A stretch of DNA of 58,422 nt from Armatimonadetes bacterium JP3_11. GTDB taxonomy: Bacteria > Armatimonadota > Fimbriimonadia > Fimbriimonadales > GBS-DC. The notes under the pieces were generated by a model. The model did not search any database. It was not told the DNA's origin and saw only the letters and a program-made list of their open reading frames with translations. Below, piece by piece: positions 9,640-21,715 of this stretch; position 1 is the first letter of the stretch; the number at the start of each line of letters is the position of its first letter. The stretch covers positions 1 to 58,422 of the forward strand of contig NKPV01000001.1 in NCBI GenBank assembly GCA_002254605.1, written 5' to 3'. The position numbers and the translations under genes are program-made.

Positions 9640-12021
9640 ATGTTAGCAGGTTATATCACAGTTTGGATAGGCGTATTGTGTGCGCTTGCTTCGATGGTTT
9701 TCTATGGGCTGAGTGGCAAGCGACCGCGTTGGCTTCGCTGGGCGCGGGGGGCGTTTGTGGGCGCGTTTCTGGCGATTGTGGGTGCGGAGGCGTTGCTTAT
9801 CTACGCTTTGCTCGCAGGGCGCTACGATTTGCAATATGTGTTCAGTTTCAGCGAACAGTCGCTGACGCCGCTTTTCAAGGTCGCCAGCGCGTGGGCAGGA
9901 CAAGAAGGCAGCTTCCTGCTGTGGGCGTTGTGGACGGGTATTTACGGCTTGTTCCTCATGCGCACTGCTGGGGGCTATGAGCGCTGGGCGATGACCCTCT
10001 ACAGCGGCGTGGTGCTGCTGTTGATGAGTATCTTGGCGTTCCAGAGTCCGTTTGCGCCGTTGCCAAAACCCGACCCTGCGCCGCCGGTGTGGCCTCCGCA
10101 AGATGGGTTTGGCTTGAACCCCGTTCTGGAGAATCCCTGGATGAAAATCCACCCGCCGATTATTTTCGCGGGTTTCGCCGCGTTGGCGGTTCCGTTTGCC
10201 TATGCCTTAGCAGCGCTCTGGCGCAACGAGTACCACGAGTTCGCCGTGCGCGTGCGCCCGTGGGCGATCTACTCGGCGACCATGCTGGGGTTCGGGCTGG
10301 CGTTGGGCGGCTACTGGGCATACGAGACGCTCGGTTGGGGCGGATTCTGGGCATGGGATCCCGTGGAGAACAGTTCCTATTTCCCATGGCTGTTTATGGC
10401 GGCGGGACTGCACGGAATCATGCTCCAAATCAATCGCGGGCGGATGGTGCGGTGGAACCCCCTACTGCTCGCGTTGCCGTTTATTCTGTTTTTGTATGGC
10501 ACTTTCCTGACGCGCAGCGGCGCGTTGGCGGAGGTCTCGGTGCATTCATTTGTCAACATGGAGACCAACGCGCTCAAGATTCTGATGGGCATGCTCATCG
10601 GGAGCGGGCTGTTGACGCTGGGACTATGGGGGTGGCGTTATCGGCAGATGCCGCTGCCTGCACGCGACATGACCAATGGCTTCTCGCGTGAGGCGGCGCT
10701 ACGCTGGGGGATTATCCTGCTTACGATTTCCGCGCTGATTAGCTTGGTAGGCACCTCGTGGCCGCTGATTACGAAGGCGGTCGGTAAGCAGATGGAGGCG
10801 CTCAAGCCGGAATTCTACAATCAGGTTCACATCCCGTGGATTGCGGTCACGGCGATTGTGCTGGCGGCGGCACCGATGCTCCGCTGGCGTGGGATGAGTT
10901 TAGACCAGATCCTGGAGCGGCTCACCAGGAGCTGGTTGGCGGCGGTGGCGACCGGGTTCGTGCTGTTCTTCTTGGGCTTTCGCGAGCCGATTACCTTGCT
11001 GATTTGCACGCTGGTCGCCTTCACTGCCTATGCGAACGCAGGAGCGATTTGGCGACGGTTCCGCACCTCGCGCCTAACGCTGGGCGGATTCATCACGCAT
11101 CTCGGCTTAGCGATAGCGATTCTGGGGCTGATCCTCTCCTACAGCTATGAACGCAAAGAGCGCGTGGTGATTCTGCAGGGGCAAGATACCTTCGCGATGG
11201 GCTATAAGTGGCGGTATCTGGGGATGACGGGCAACGAGAAGTTTCCCGGCGACCCACTGGCAGATAAGTTCAATCGCGTGCGTATCGAAATCGCCTCTCA
11301 TAACGAAAAGTTCATCGTCGAGCCGCGCTTCTACCAAGACCAACGGCGCGAGACGGGCAACAATGTCGTGTGGCCTGCGATTCTCCGTTGGTGGGATCAC
11401 GACTTGTATGTGTCGTTCTTTGCGCCGCCGCAGGTGGACGCCAGCCCGCTCACGCTTACACTTCACGAGAAGGAAAAAGGGACGGTGGATAAGTACACCA
11501 TCGAATTTTTGGGCTTTCAAACGAGTGGGCAGATGGGCGGCGCGGGCTTCCGTGCGATTGCGAAAGCCCGCGTGAGCCACCCCGATTGGAAACAGCCTGT
11601 GGAAGTAGAGCCGTTCCGCATCGTCACTGGGGGTGGGGTTGTGCCCATCCCGGTACCGTTGCCCGACGGGGCGCAAATCTTGGTCGGGCGAATGGATGTG
11701 AACCGGCGACAGGTGGAGTTCCAAGTGGTGATGGTGCCAGGTAAGCCCGAAACCACACCACGCTGGGTAATTCCCCTGGAGGTGCACTACAAGCCGTTCA
11801 CGATTCTGGTGTGGCTGGGACCGCCGTTGACGCTTCTGGGCGGGCTGCTGGCTGTGGTGCGCCGCGCACGCGATGTGAAATACGGGGTCGCACGGGCAAC
11901 ATTCGAACCGTTCCCGACACCGCCGCCGAAAATAGTCAAACCACGCGGACGCACATCCCGACGCCCCACGAAGCCAGTCGTGGCGCACACAGCGGAAAAG
12001 CCAGCGTCGCCAGAAGTGTAA
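9640..12021 (+). CDS. ccmF: Cytochrome c-type biogenesis protein CcmF (haem lyase)
   Basis: Multi-TM protein with the WWD-domain signature GWGGFWAWDPVENSS and a CcmF C-terminal region. It carries an extra Pro/Lys/Arg-rich tail of about 50 aa. It directly follows ccmE. Confidence 0.9.
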   Translation: MLAGYITVWIGVLCALASMVFYGLSGKRPRWLRWARGAFVGAFLAIVGAEALLIYALLAGRYDLQYVFSFSEQSLTPLFKVASAWAGQEGSFLLWALWTGIYGLFLMRTAGGYERWAMTLYSGVVLLLMSILAFQSPFAPLPKPDPAPPVWPPQDGFGLNPVLENPWMKIHPPIIFAGFAALAVPFAYALAALWRNEYHEFAVRVRPWAIYSATMLGFGLALGGYWAYETLGWGGFWAWDPVENSSYFPWLFMAAGLHGIMLQINRGRMVRWNPLLLALPFILFLYGTFLTRSGALAEVSVHSFVNMETNALKILMGMLIGSGLLTLGLWGWRYRQMPLPARDMTNGFSREAALRWGIILLTISALISLVGTSWPLITKAVGKQMEALKPEFYNQVHIPWIAVTAIVLAAAPMLRWRGMSLDQILERLTRSWLAAVATGFVLFFLGFREPITLLICTLVAFTAYANAGAIWRRFRTSRLTLGGFITHLGLAIAILGLILSYSYERKERVVILQGQDTFAMGYKWRYLGMTGNEKFPGDPLADKFNRVRIEIASHNEKFIVEPRFYQDQRRETGNNVVWPAILRWWDHDLYVSFFAPPQVDASPLTLTLHEKEKGTVDKYTIEFLGFQTSGQMGGAGFRAIAKARVSHPDWKQPVEVEPFRIVTGGGVVPIPVPLPDGAQILVGRMDVNRRQVEFQVVMVPGKPETTPRWVIPLEVHYKPFTILVWLGPPLTLLGGLLAVVRRARDVKYGVARATFEPFPTPPPKIVKPRGRTSRRPTKPVVAHTAEKPASPEV

Positions 12022-12059
12022 ATGGTTCTCGCCCGTGCATCGCTCACGGGCGAGAACCA

Positions 12060-12061
<2 letters not shown>
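12021..12061. terminator. Perfect 17-bp hairpin shared by convergent ccmF and metY
   Basis: AATGGTTCTCGCCCGTG (12021-12037), loop CATCGCT, then CACGGGCGAGAACCATT (12045-12061). The stem includes the last base of the ccmF TAA and two bases of the metY TAA. No U-tract on either side. Confidence 0.6.
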
Positions 12062-14201
<2,140 letters not shown>

Positions 14202-15158
14202 AGCACGCTCAGCCCCATCCCCAAAACCATGAGGCTGGTCGGCTCCGGAATCGGCTCGAAGTCGTCATCCCCAGCGCGGGCTACGATTACCGCGATGAAA
14301 GGCAAAAATGGCAACCAGTTGAACCCACCACCGCTAATCATTGGAATTTGGTTCGCTGACGAAGAAGCGACCGCCATAACTACCGGTGGCGCTTCAGGTT
14401 CAGGCGCGGCTTCTGGGAGCGTTTCTACCAGCGTCTCAGTCGGCAACACATCGGCCGCGACCACTTCCTCAAGCGGCGCTTCCGCCGTCTCTACGAGTTC
14501 AACAGTAGGCAATTGGGGCGCGTCAATCATCGCTGCAAAGACGGGCTGGGGTGTAGCTATTGAAGTCACTTCGATAGGGACCTGCGCCTGCGGAGTGCGG
14601 ATGGACACCGCGGGTGTGAGTGGATTGCCGCAGTTCGCTTTCAAAACCGGTTTACCCGTCTTCTTCTCCACAAATACGGGCGTTCCCTTCGGTAGGGTGC
14701 GACGCACCACCATCAAACGGTCGTCTGGGGGCGAGTAGTAGACATTAAAAGTCTGCGCTTTCTCCAGTCGGGTCAAACGTAGGTTCTTCTCTACATACTC
14801 TGCGATTTCCCATGCGCTCCGCTTGAAGTGCCTTGCATAGCGCTGAGCGACAATCGGTTCTGTGCGAATCTGGTTCGCCAAATCACTTGCGCTGGCTACC
14901 GGGCGTATCAGGTAGCTATTGCGCGGCACGACAGCAATCGACTCCGCTGCCAGGGCAAAGCCTGCAGTCCAGAGCATTAAACAGGCACAAATAATCAGTC
15001 GCATCATACTCCTCCTCTCGAATCTTTCCACTTGTGGGGGCGAAACCACAAGCGTCAACAATAAGACGGGAGCGGGGAGCCTTATGTTCCCCTTTCTACC
15101 CTAAATATACCCCACTCCAGTAGGAAATTCATCAGGGTTTCAGAATCTCTTGGGTGGA

Positions 15159-16067
15159 ATGTCCACCTTGCAGACGGAGTTGATCGACCTGCAGTTTTTA
15201 GGGTATCCACTGGCGATTGCGGCGTACCTGCTGGATGATGGAACGGATGCGGCCTTGGTGGAAGTGGGTCCGACCAGTACGGCAGAGACGCTCCTGCGCG
15301 AGTTGCAGGCGCGCGGCGTTGCGCTGGAGCGGGTGCGCCATCTCATCGTGACCCACATCCATTTAGACCACGCAGGCGCGTTGGGCTGGCTGCTGCAACG
15401 CCTGCCGAACGCGATGGCGTATGTGCATCCGATTGGCGCGCCGCATATGGTAGACCCCAGTCGCCTGCTGAGTAGCGCGTCGCGCTTGTACGGCGAGATG
15501 ATGGAACGGCTGTGGGGCGAAGTGGTTCCCGTGCCGCAGGAACGGCTTCATGTCGTGCGCGACGGGGAGCGTATTGAGGTCGCGGGACGCACATTGCGAG
15601 CGATAGACACCCCCGGACATGCACGCCATCACCATGCCTATTTGGATGAGGCGACGGGCATCCTGTTTGCGGGCGATGTGGCGGGGGTGCGCATGCCCGG
15701 CACAACCTATGTGCGTCCCCCGACCCCACCGCCCGAACTGGACATCGAGGCGTGGCAGGCAAGCCTCGCCAAACTGCGCGCCCTCCCCGTACAGCAAATC
15801 GCCTTGACCCATTTCGGGATGTTTAGCGATGTGGAACGCCACCTCGACGAGCTCGAAGCACGCCTGCTGAACTGGGCTGTGTTCACACGCGACCTGATCC
15901 AGCAAGGCGTCTCCGAGAGCGAATTGATACAACGCCTGCGCGACTACGGCAACGAGGAGATGCGTCAGCAGGGAGCAGACCCCAGCAACTACGACCTCGG
16001 CGCAGGCTACGAACTGATTGCGCTCGGTTATGCCCGCTACTGGCGTAAGAAACTGGGACTGTCATGA
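15159..16067 (+). CDS. MBL-fold metallo-hydrolase
   Basis: HxHxDH motif (VTHIHLDHAGALG), later DTPGHARHH and FAGD. Start is ATG 15159, or TTG 15150 as in the ORF track. Confidence 0.85.
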   Translation: MSTLQTELIDLQFLGYPLAIAAYLLDDGTDAALVEVGPTSTAETLLRELQARGVALERVRHLIVTHIHLDHAGALGWLLQRLPNAMAYVHPIGAPHMVDPSRLLSSASRLYGEMMERLWGEVVPVPQERLHVVRDGERIEVAGRTLRAIDTPGHARHHHAYLDEATGILFAGDVAGVRMPGTTYVRPPTPPPELDIEAWQASLAKLRALPVQQIALTHFGMFSDVERHLDELEARLLNWAVFTRDLIQQGVSESELIQRLRDYGNEEMRQQGADPSNYDLGAGYELIALGYARYWRKKLGLS

Positions 16068-17221
16068 AAGCCGAAAGCGTTCGATTCGAAAAAGTAACCA
16101 AACGGTTCGGTTCGGTTGTGGCAGTGAACCGACTGACGCTCCATATCCAGCCGGGCGAGTTTATGGTGCTGGTGGGACCGTCAGGATGTGGCAAAACGAC
16201 CGCCCTACGGATGCTGGCGGGGCTGGAAGACCCCACCGAAGGCGCGATTTACATCGGCGACCGCTGCGTCAACGAGGTCTCGCCCCGCGATCGCGATATT
16301 GCGATGGTGTTCCAAAACTACGCGCTGTACCCTCATATGCGCGTGTACGACAATATCGCCTTCGGACTGCGTTTGCGCGAGCTGGGAGGCGCATTATGGC
16401 AACTCACGCACTGGAACCAGGCGCGCGCCATCAAAAAACGCATCGACGAACGGGTACGCCAAGTCGCGCAGATGCTGGAAATCGAAAATCTGCTCCATCG
16501 CCTACCGAAGGAACTCTCGGGTGGGCAACGGCAGCGCGTCGCGCTCGCCCGCGCCATCGTGCGGCAACCGAAAGCGTTCCTGATGGACGAACCGCTTTCG
16601 AACCTCGACGCGAAACTGCGCGACCAGACCCGCGCCGAACTCAAAAAACTGCAGGAACGACTCGGCATAACCACAATCTATGTGACCCACGACCAGAAAG
16701 AGGCGATGACGCTGGGCACACGCATCGCTGTCATGAAGGACGGCGTGCTACAACAGGTCGGTAGCCCTGAAGCGGTCTACTTCCAGCCCGCCAACACTTT
16801 CGTTGCGACCTTTATCGGCACGCCACCGATGAACCTACTTGACATGCAGGTCGTGGAGCAGGAGAGCAGACCCGCGTTGAAAATCGGTTCGACGATACTG
16901 CCTGTGTTAGAGGCGCAGGCACAACTGCTGAAAACGCGCGTGGGGCAAACGGTGCGGATGGGGATCCGCCCCCAAGATATTTACACCGACCGCACTGCGC
17001 CGCCCGACGCGATTCTGTCAGAGCCTCTGCCCGCCGTTGTGGATGTGATCGAACCCCACGGCGACCGCAACGATATCCACCTCATCCTCGATGGCGCTAC
17101 CCTCATTGCGCAGCTGAGTGCGCGTGTGAAGGCGAACGAGGGCGACACCCTGCCGATACGCCTGCATCTGGAGTATCTGCACCTGTTCGACCCCGCCACT
17201 GGGGAAACCCTCCGCGCGTGA
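16064..17221 (+). CDS. ABC transporter ATP-binding protein, MalK/UgpC/MsmX type (no permease or binding protein nearby)
   Basis: Walker A GPSGCGKTT, signature LSGGQRQRVALARA, Walker B FLMDEPLSNLDA, and a C-terminal TOBE-like regulatory domain. ATGA overlap with the MBL gene. Confidence 0.9.
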   Translation: MKAESVRFEKVTKRFGSVVAVNRLTLHIQPGEFMVLVGPSGCGKTTALRMLAGLEDPTEGAIYIGDRCVNEVSPRDRDIAMVFQNYALYPHMRVYDNIAFGLRLRELGGALWQLTHWNQARAIKKRIDERVRQVAQMLEIENLLHRLPKELSGGQRQRVALARAIVRQPKAFLMDEPLSNLDAKLRDQTRAELKKLQERLGITTIYVTHDQKEAMTLGTRIAVMKDGVLQQVGSPEAVYFQPANTFVATFIGTPPMNLLDMQVVEQESRPALKIGSTILPVLEAQAQLLKTRVGQTVRMGIRPQDIYTDRTAPPDAILSEPLPAVVDVIEPHGDRNDIHLILDGATLIAQLSARVKANEGDTLPIRLHLEYLHLFDPATGETLRA

Positions 17222-17276
17222 GGTCTCTCAGCGCCCAGAAAAAAATCGGTATACTTACCGTTCGGAGGAGAACCAT

Positions 17277-17708
17277 ATGCCCAGAATCGAGAAATCCGTG
17301 AGTGTGAATGCGCCTGCCGAGAAACTGTTTGAGGTGTTGCAGCAGGCAGAGTCGTTTGCCCAGTTCCTACCCCATGCCCGCAATGTGCAAGTACTGGAGC
17401 GCACCGAAAACGGCGTGCTGGTGGAGTGGGAGGTGATTGCGCCCGGTGTAGGGATGCCCGTGCGCTGGAAATCGCGCCACACCATCGACGCCGCCAACCA
17501 TCGCGTGACGATGCAGCCCGAGGGCGACTCGTTGGTCAAGTTGAACGGCGAATGGCGCGTGGAGCCAGAAGGTGCGGGCAGCAAACTCGCCGCGATACTG
17601 GACTACGAGGCGAATGTGCCCCCGATGTTCGCCTCGCTGGCGCAAAACGCGGTGAACACCATTATTCAAGACTGGCTCAACGGCTTCAAGCAACGCGCGG
17701 AGGGCTGA
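17277..17708 (+). CDS. SRPBCC-superfamily (polyketide cyclase/dehydrase-like) protein
   Basis: MPRIEKSVSVNAPAEKLFEVLQQAESFAQFLPH...GEWRVEPEGAGSKL, the typical START/RatA-like pattern. GGAGGAG SD upstream. Confidence 0.7.
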   Translation: MPRIEKSVSVNAPAEKLFEVLQQAESFAQFLPHARNVQVLERTENGVLVEWEVIAPGVGMPVRWKSRHTIDAANHRVTMQPEGDSLVKLNGEWRVEPEGAGSKLAAILDYEANVPPMFASLAQNAVNTIIQDWLNGFKQRAEG

Positions 17709-17710
17709 GC

Positions 17711-18172
17711 ATGGCGCGAGTGGAACTCGAGACCGTCATCCACGCCCCGCTGGAGACCGTGTACGCCATCGCACGGGATGTGGAAGCGTTCCCAGAGTTT
17801 ATGCCCGATGTGAAGTCCGTCAAAATTCTCGAAAAAAGCGCAGACGGTAGCCGCACCCTCACTGAATGGGTCGCCTATGCCTCGCAGCTCAAACTGCAGG
17901 TGAAGTGGACGGAAGAGGACATCTGGGACGATGCCCATCACACTTGCCGCTTCCGACAGGTGAAAGGCGACTATGATCAGATGGAGGGGTTATGGGAGTT
18001 CCTGCCCCATGCGGAGGGGACGCTGTTTCGCAGCACGCTGGACTATGAACTGCGTGTGCCACTGCTGGGAGCGATTGTGCAAAAGGTGGTGCATCACCTC
18101 GTAACGCAGAACCTGAAGGGTATTCTGGAAGGCGTAAAGGCACAGGCGGAGGCGAAGGCGCGTGGAAGTTGA
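17711..18172 (+). CDS. SRPBCC-superfamily protein (second paralogue)
   Basis: MARVELETVIHAPLETVYAIARDVEAFPEFMPDVKSV...GLWEFLP. Starts 3 nt after the previous stop. The upstream part of ORF 17426-18172 is an out-of-frame overlap of the previous gene. Confidence 0.7.
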   Translation: MARVELETVIHAPLETVYAIARDVEAFPEFMPDVKSVKILEKSADGSRTLTEWVAYASQLKLQVKWTEEDIWDDAHHTCRFRQVKGDYDQMEGLWEFLPHAEGTLFRSTLDYELRVPLLGAIVQKVVHHLVTQNLKGILEGVKAQAEAKARGS

Positions 18173-18911
18173 CCGCCTGCGGGCGCTCCTCAACGAGGTG
18201 GCGCACGGTACCGTCTCTGTCGAAGAGGCTCTGGCGCGTCTACGCGACCTGCCCTTCCAAAACTTACAATTTGCACGGATTGACCACCATCGCGCACTGC
18301 GCAAGGGCTTTCCCGAAGTGGTGTTCTGCCAAGGCAAGACGCCCGAGCAGGTCGCGGAGATTGTGGCGCGTTTAGCCGAGCGGGGACGGGTGCTGGCGAC
18401 GCGCGCCTCCGAGGTGCATGCACATGCCGTACAGGCGCGCCTCCCCGACGCCGTCTATCACCCCTTGGCGCGAGCGATTACCCTTGGCGAACCGCCCCCG
18501 GCGCCCGAGTCGCCCTACGGCGTCGTCTGCGCCGCAGGCACAGCCGACATCCCCGTCGCAGAAGAGGCGGTTCTCACCGCGCGGATGATGGGAGCGCGGG
18601 TCGAAACCCTCTACGATGTTGGCGTGGCGGGTATCCACCGATTGCTGGAACACCTGCCGCTGCTTCAGGGGGCACGTGGGGTTGTGGTCGTAGCAGGGAT
18701 GGAAGGCGCTTTGCCCAGCGTGGTGGGCGGTCTCGTGCCCTGCCCCGTGATTGCGGTGCCGACCAGCGTCGGCTATGGCGCCCACTTCGGTGGGCTGGCG
18801 CCCCTTCTGACCATGCTCAACGCCTGCGCGCCCGGCGTGGTCGTGGTCAACATCGACAACGGCTTCGGCGCAGGCTATTGCCTCGGGCTGATACTTCGCG
18901 CGGCTCAATAA
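18162..18911 (+). CDS. larB: Nickel-pincer cofactor biosynthesis protein LarB (PurE-like NaAD carboxylase/hydrolase)
   Basis: N-terminal LLNEVAHGTVSVEEALARL. PurE-like core VVCAGTADIPVAEEAVLTARMMG...VVVAGMEGALPSVVGGLVPCPVIAVPTSVGYG. GTG start overlaps the upstream gene by 11 nt. Confidence 0.8.
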   Translation: MEVDRLRALLNEVAHGTVSVEEALARLRDLPFQNLQFARIDHHRALRKGFPEVVFCQGKTPEQVAEIVARLAERGRVLATRASEVHAHAVQARLPDAVYHPLARAITLGEPPPAPESPYGVVCAAGTADIPVAEEAVLTARMMGARVETLYDVGVAGIHRLLEHLPLLQGARGVVVVAGMEGALPSVVGGLVPCPVIAVPTSVGYGAHFGGLAPLLTMLNACAPGVVVVNIDNGFGAGYCLGLILRAAQ

Positions 18912-18960
18912 CCCCTAAAAAGAACGCCCTCCCCTCCCGATAATCTTAAGGGGATAGGCT

Positions 18961-20139
18961 ATGCAGACGAAAACTTACCTCGCGCCGACGAAACTGGAAG
19001 CGCTGTTGAAAATACGCGAAGAGCATGGCGCCGACGCGGTGATTCTCAGCGAGCGCACGGTGCAGAAAGGAAAACTGTTCGGCAAAAAACCGATGGTGGA
19101 GATTGTCGTCGGCATCAAGGGGGGGGAGCCTGAACCGAACCCTGCGTCTAAAGTGGAACCGAAAGGCATCGACGAGTATGATCCCACCCAGACGCGCCTG
19201 CGCAAGTTAGAGCGCGAAATGCAGGAGATACGCGCCCTGGTGCAGACCCTGCACGCCTACTTCACAAATGGCACGCTCCCCTCCGACAACGATGCCCATG
19301 CGCTCGAAATGCCCCGGATCGCGGCGGCGGTGGACGAGCATCCGCTACTGCGCCCTCTGCTGGAGGCGGGTGTAGAGCAAGAAATTGCGCAGGAACTCTT
19401 GCGCCGTGTACCGCGCATTCCCCAAAACGCTGCGCTCGATACGCTCAAGCGTCTCCTCGCAGCGAAGATTCCTACAGGCGGCGCGCTGCCCCGTGAAAGC
19501 CGCCATCGCCAAGTCGCGGTGCTGGTTGGTCCCACAGGCGTCGGTAAAACCACGACCATTGCTAAACTCGCCGCCATCCACGCACTGGACTACCACCGCA
19601 AAGTCGCCCTACTCTCGCTGGACACCTACCGCATCGGCGCGATTCAGCAACTGCGCACCTATGCCGAATTGATGCAATTGCCCCTGCATGTCGCCACAAC
19701 CGCCGAGGAGGTACAAGAAGGGCTGGAACTGTTCAGCGATTATGACCTCGTCTTGGTAGATACCATAGGGCGTGGGCAACGCGACGAAGCGCATTTACAA
19801 GAGATGCGTCAGGCGTTGCTGCCTGTCAAAGGGATCGTCTACCTGACTCTCAGCGCCACTGCCGATACAGCCACCCTGCTGGACGCCGCGCAACGCTTCG
19901 CGATTTTCGAACCTGACGCGATCATCCTCACCAAGCTGGACGAAGCGGCGCGACTGGGCAACTGTGTCAACCTCGCCCTACGCGCGGAACAGCCGCTGGC
20001 GTACTTCACGAACGGGCAGCGCGTACCGGAAGATATTACAATCGCCGATGCGCAGATAATCACATGTCGCGTCCTCAGCGCGGTCTTGCAATGCCACGCA
20101 AAGCATCCAAGACTTGAAAGCAGCGTCTTTCAGGTATAA
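18961..20139 (+). CDS. flhF: FlhF-like SRP-family GTPase
   Basis: N-terminus MQTKTYLAPTKLEALLKIREEHGADAVILSERTVQKGKLFGKKPMVEIVVG matches the FlhF N-domain pattern. G-domain motifs [44 protein letters not shown]. Confidence 0.75.
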   Translation: MQTKTYLAPTKLEALLKIREEHGADAVILSERTVQKGKLFGKKPMVEIVVGIKGGEPEPNPASKVEPKGIDEYDPTQTRLRKLEREMQEIRALVQTLHAYFTNGTLPSDNDAHALEMPRIAAAVDEHPLLRPLLEAGVEQEIAQELLRRVPRIPQNAALDTLKRLLAAKIPTGGALPRESRHRQVAVLVGPTGVGKTTTIAKLAAIHALDYHRKVALLSLDTYRIGAIQQLRTYAELMQLPLHVATTAEEVQEGLELFSDYDLVLVDTIGRGQRDEAHLQEMRQALLPVKGIVYLTLSATADTATLLDAAQRFAIFEPDAIILTKLDEAARLGNCVNLALRAEQPLAYFTNGQRVPEDITIADAQIITCRVLSAVLQCHAKHPRLESSVFQV

Positions 20140-20308
20140 GCAAAGCGCTGCAGGGGTAGCCTGGGGGGACACATCCGCCTCCTATGCCGAGATCCGTGGG
20201 TTCGAACACCGCCTGCTACTCCAACTCGGTTCACAATCGTTGCATCGTCGCGGAAGTGTGCATGAAGCGCCGAAGGTGCGGTATAATCTTATGCATCGAG
20301 GTGCAACG

Positions 20309-20821
20309 ATGCAACCGTCCAACTGGCGGCGGGTGGTGACGGCGTACAGCGCGATTCTGACGCTCCTCACGGGCGCGACCACAACAGCACAAATCCTCAA
20401 CGGGGTGATGGTCTACAGCAATCCCGACGCGATACGCGATGGGCAGTATATGATGGTGTTCTGGCTTGGAGGCGCAGCGGGCTCTTTGATGGCGCTGCCT
20501 GCGGGGCTATTAGCAGGCGTATGGATTGCACGCAACCCCGACTTTGCCCCTCTTTTGAACAAGGCTCTCTTAGTCTTTTTAATCATCGGGGTCAGCTTAG
20601 GCGTTGTGTTGGCGGGGGTCGGTGCGGGGATGAACGGTTTGCTGTTTGCAGCCATCGGCTTGGTGTTCGTGCTGCCCGGTCTGGTGATGTTGCCGCTTGT
20701 GGTGTTTGTTCTGCCGTCAACGATGCCTGCGTCTGCGCTCGTGGCGTTAGCGCTCCTTCTGGTAGTGGTGGGTACGCACTGGTACTATCGACACGCCCAG
20801 CGCAGTCACCCTGAAGCGTAA
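20309..20821 (+). CDS. Hypothetical membrane protein (4-5 TM)
   Basis: Strongly hydrophobic, Gly/Ala/Leu-rich helices with no recognisable family. Start ATG 20309 has GAGGTG 5 nt upstream. TATAAT at 20282-20287. Confidence 0.5.
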   Translation: MQPSNWRRVVTAYSAILTLLTGATTTAQILNGVMVYSNPDAIRDGQYMMVFWLGGAAGSLMALPAGLLAGVWIARNPDFAPLLNKALLVFLIIGVSLGVVLAGVGAGMNGLLFAAIGLVFVLPGLVMLPLVVFVLPSTMPASALVALALLLVVVGTHWYYRHAQRSHPEA

Positions 20822-20867
20822 CGGAAGCGCATTCGATTCGTATACTATGCGAGCCAGCCACCCCCCC

Positions 20868-20897
20868 TTGACAAACGCACACTGTATCGGGTATTAT
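20868..20897 (+). promoter_or_regulatory. Sigma-70-type promoter of sufCB (TTGACA-N18-TATTAT)
   Basis: TTGACA 20868-20873 and TATTAT 20892-20897. It is followed by the 5-3-5 palindrome TTAGC-CAC-GCTAA (20898-20910) and the AAGGAGG SD (20917-20923). Confidence 0.55.
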
Positions 20898-20930
20898 TTA
20901 GCCACGCTAAACAACTAAGGAGGCTATACC

Positions 20931-21701
20931 GTGGCAGAGAAGACGCCGCTTTTGGAAGTGCGCAACCTGTGGGTGAAATTACCCGACGAAGATGAGCCAA
21001 TTCTGCGTGGGATGAACCTGACTATCTACCCGGGTGAGGTTCACGCACTGATGGGACCGAACGGCTCGGGCAAGTCCACGCTGGCGAAGGTGCTGTCGGG
21101 GCATCCGGGCTACGAGGTAACTGAGGGTGAAGTGCTGTTCCGCGGCGAGAACATATTGGAGATGGAACCCGACGAGCGCGCACGGCTGGGGTTGTTCCTT
21201 GCGTTCCAGTATCCGATGGAGGTGCCTGGGGTCACCATCGCGAACTTTATGCGCCTCGCCTACCAGCGACGATTCAATACCGAAGTAAAATATACCGATT
21301 TCTATAAGATTCTGCTGCAGCACCTCAAGAAGTTGGAGATGGATCCCAGCTTCGCCAGTCGCCCCGTGAACGAGGGCTTCTCGGGGGGCGAGAAAAAGCG
21401 CTTTGAAATCGTGCAGATGTCGCTTTTGGAGCCAGTGCTGGCAGTACTGGACGAGACCGATTCGGGACTGGACATCGATGCGCTCAAGATTGTGTCGAAC
21501 GGCGTGAACATGATGCGCTCTCCGGAACGTGCGTTCCTCGTGATTACCCACTATCAGCGTATTTTGAACTATATCACACCCGACTATGTGCATGTGATGG
21601 TTGACGGGCGCATTGTGCGCTCGGGCGGACCGGAGTTAGCCCTGCAGCTCGAAGAGAAAGGCTACGACTGGGTGCGCGGTGAACTCGCAACCGCCCCGTA
21701 A
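20931..21701 (+). CDS. sufC: Fe-S cluster assembly ATPase SufC
   Basis: GTG start 7 nt after [72 protein letters not shown]. Confidence 0.95.
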   Translation: MAEKTPLLEVRNLWVKLPDEDEPILRGMNLTIYPGEVHALMGPNGSGKSTLAKVLSGHPGYEVTEGEVLFRGENILEMEPDERARLGLFLAFQYPMEVPGVTIANFMRLAYQRRFNTEVKYTDFYKILLQHLKKLEMDPSFASRPVNEGFSGGEKKRFEIVQMSLLEPVLAVLDETDSGLDIDALKIVSNGVNMMRSPERAFLVITHYQRILNYITPDYVHVMVDGRIVRSGGPELALQLEEKGYDWVRGELATAP

Positions 21702-21715
21702 GGAGGTATCCCCAA

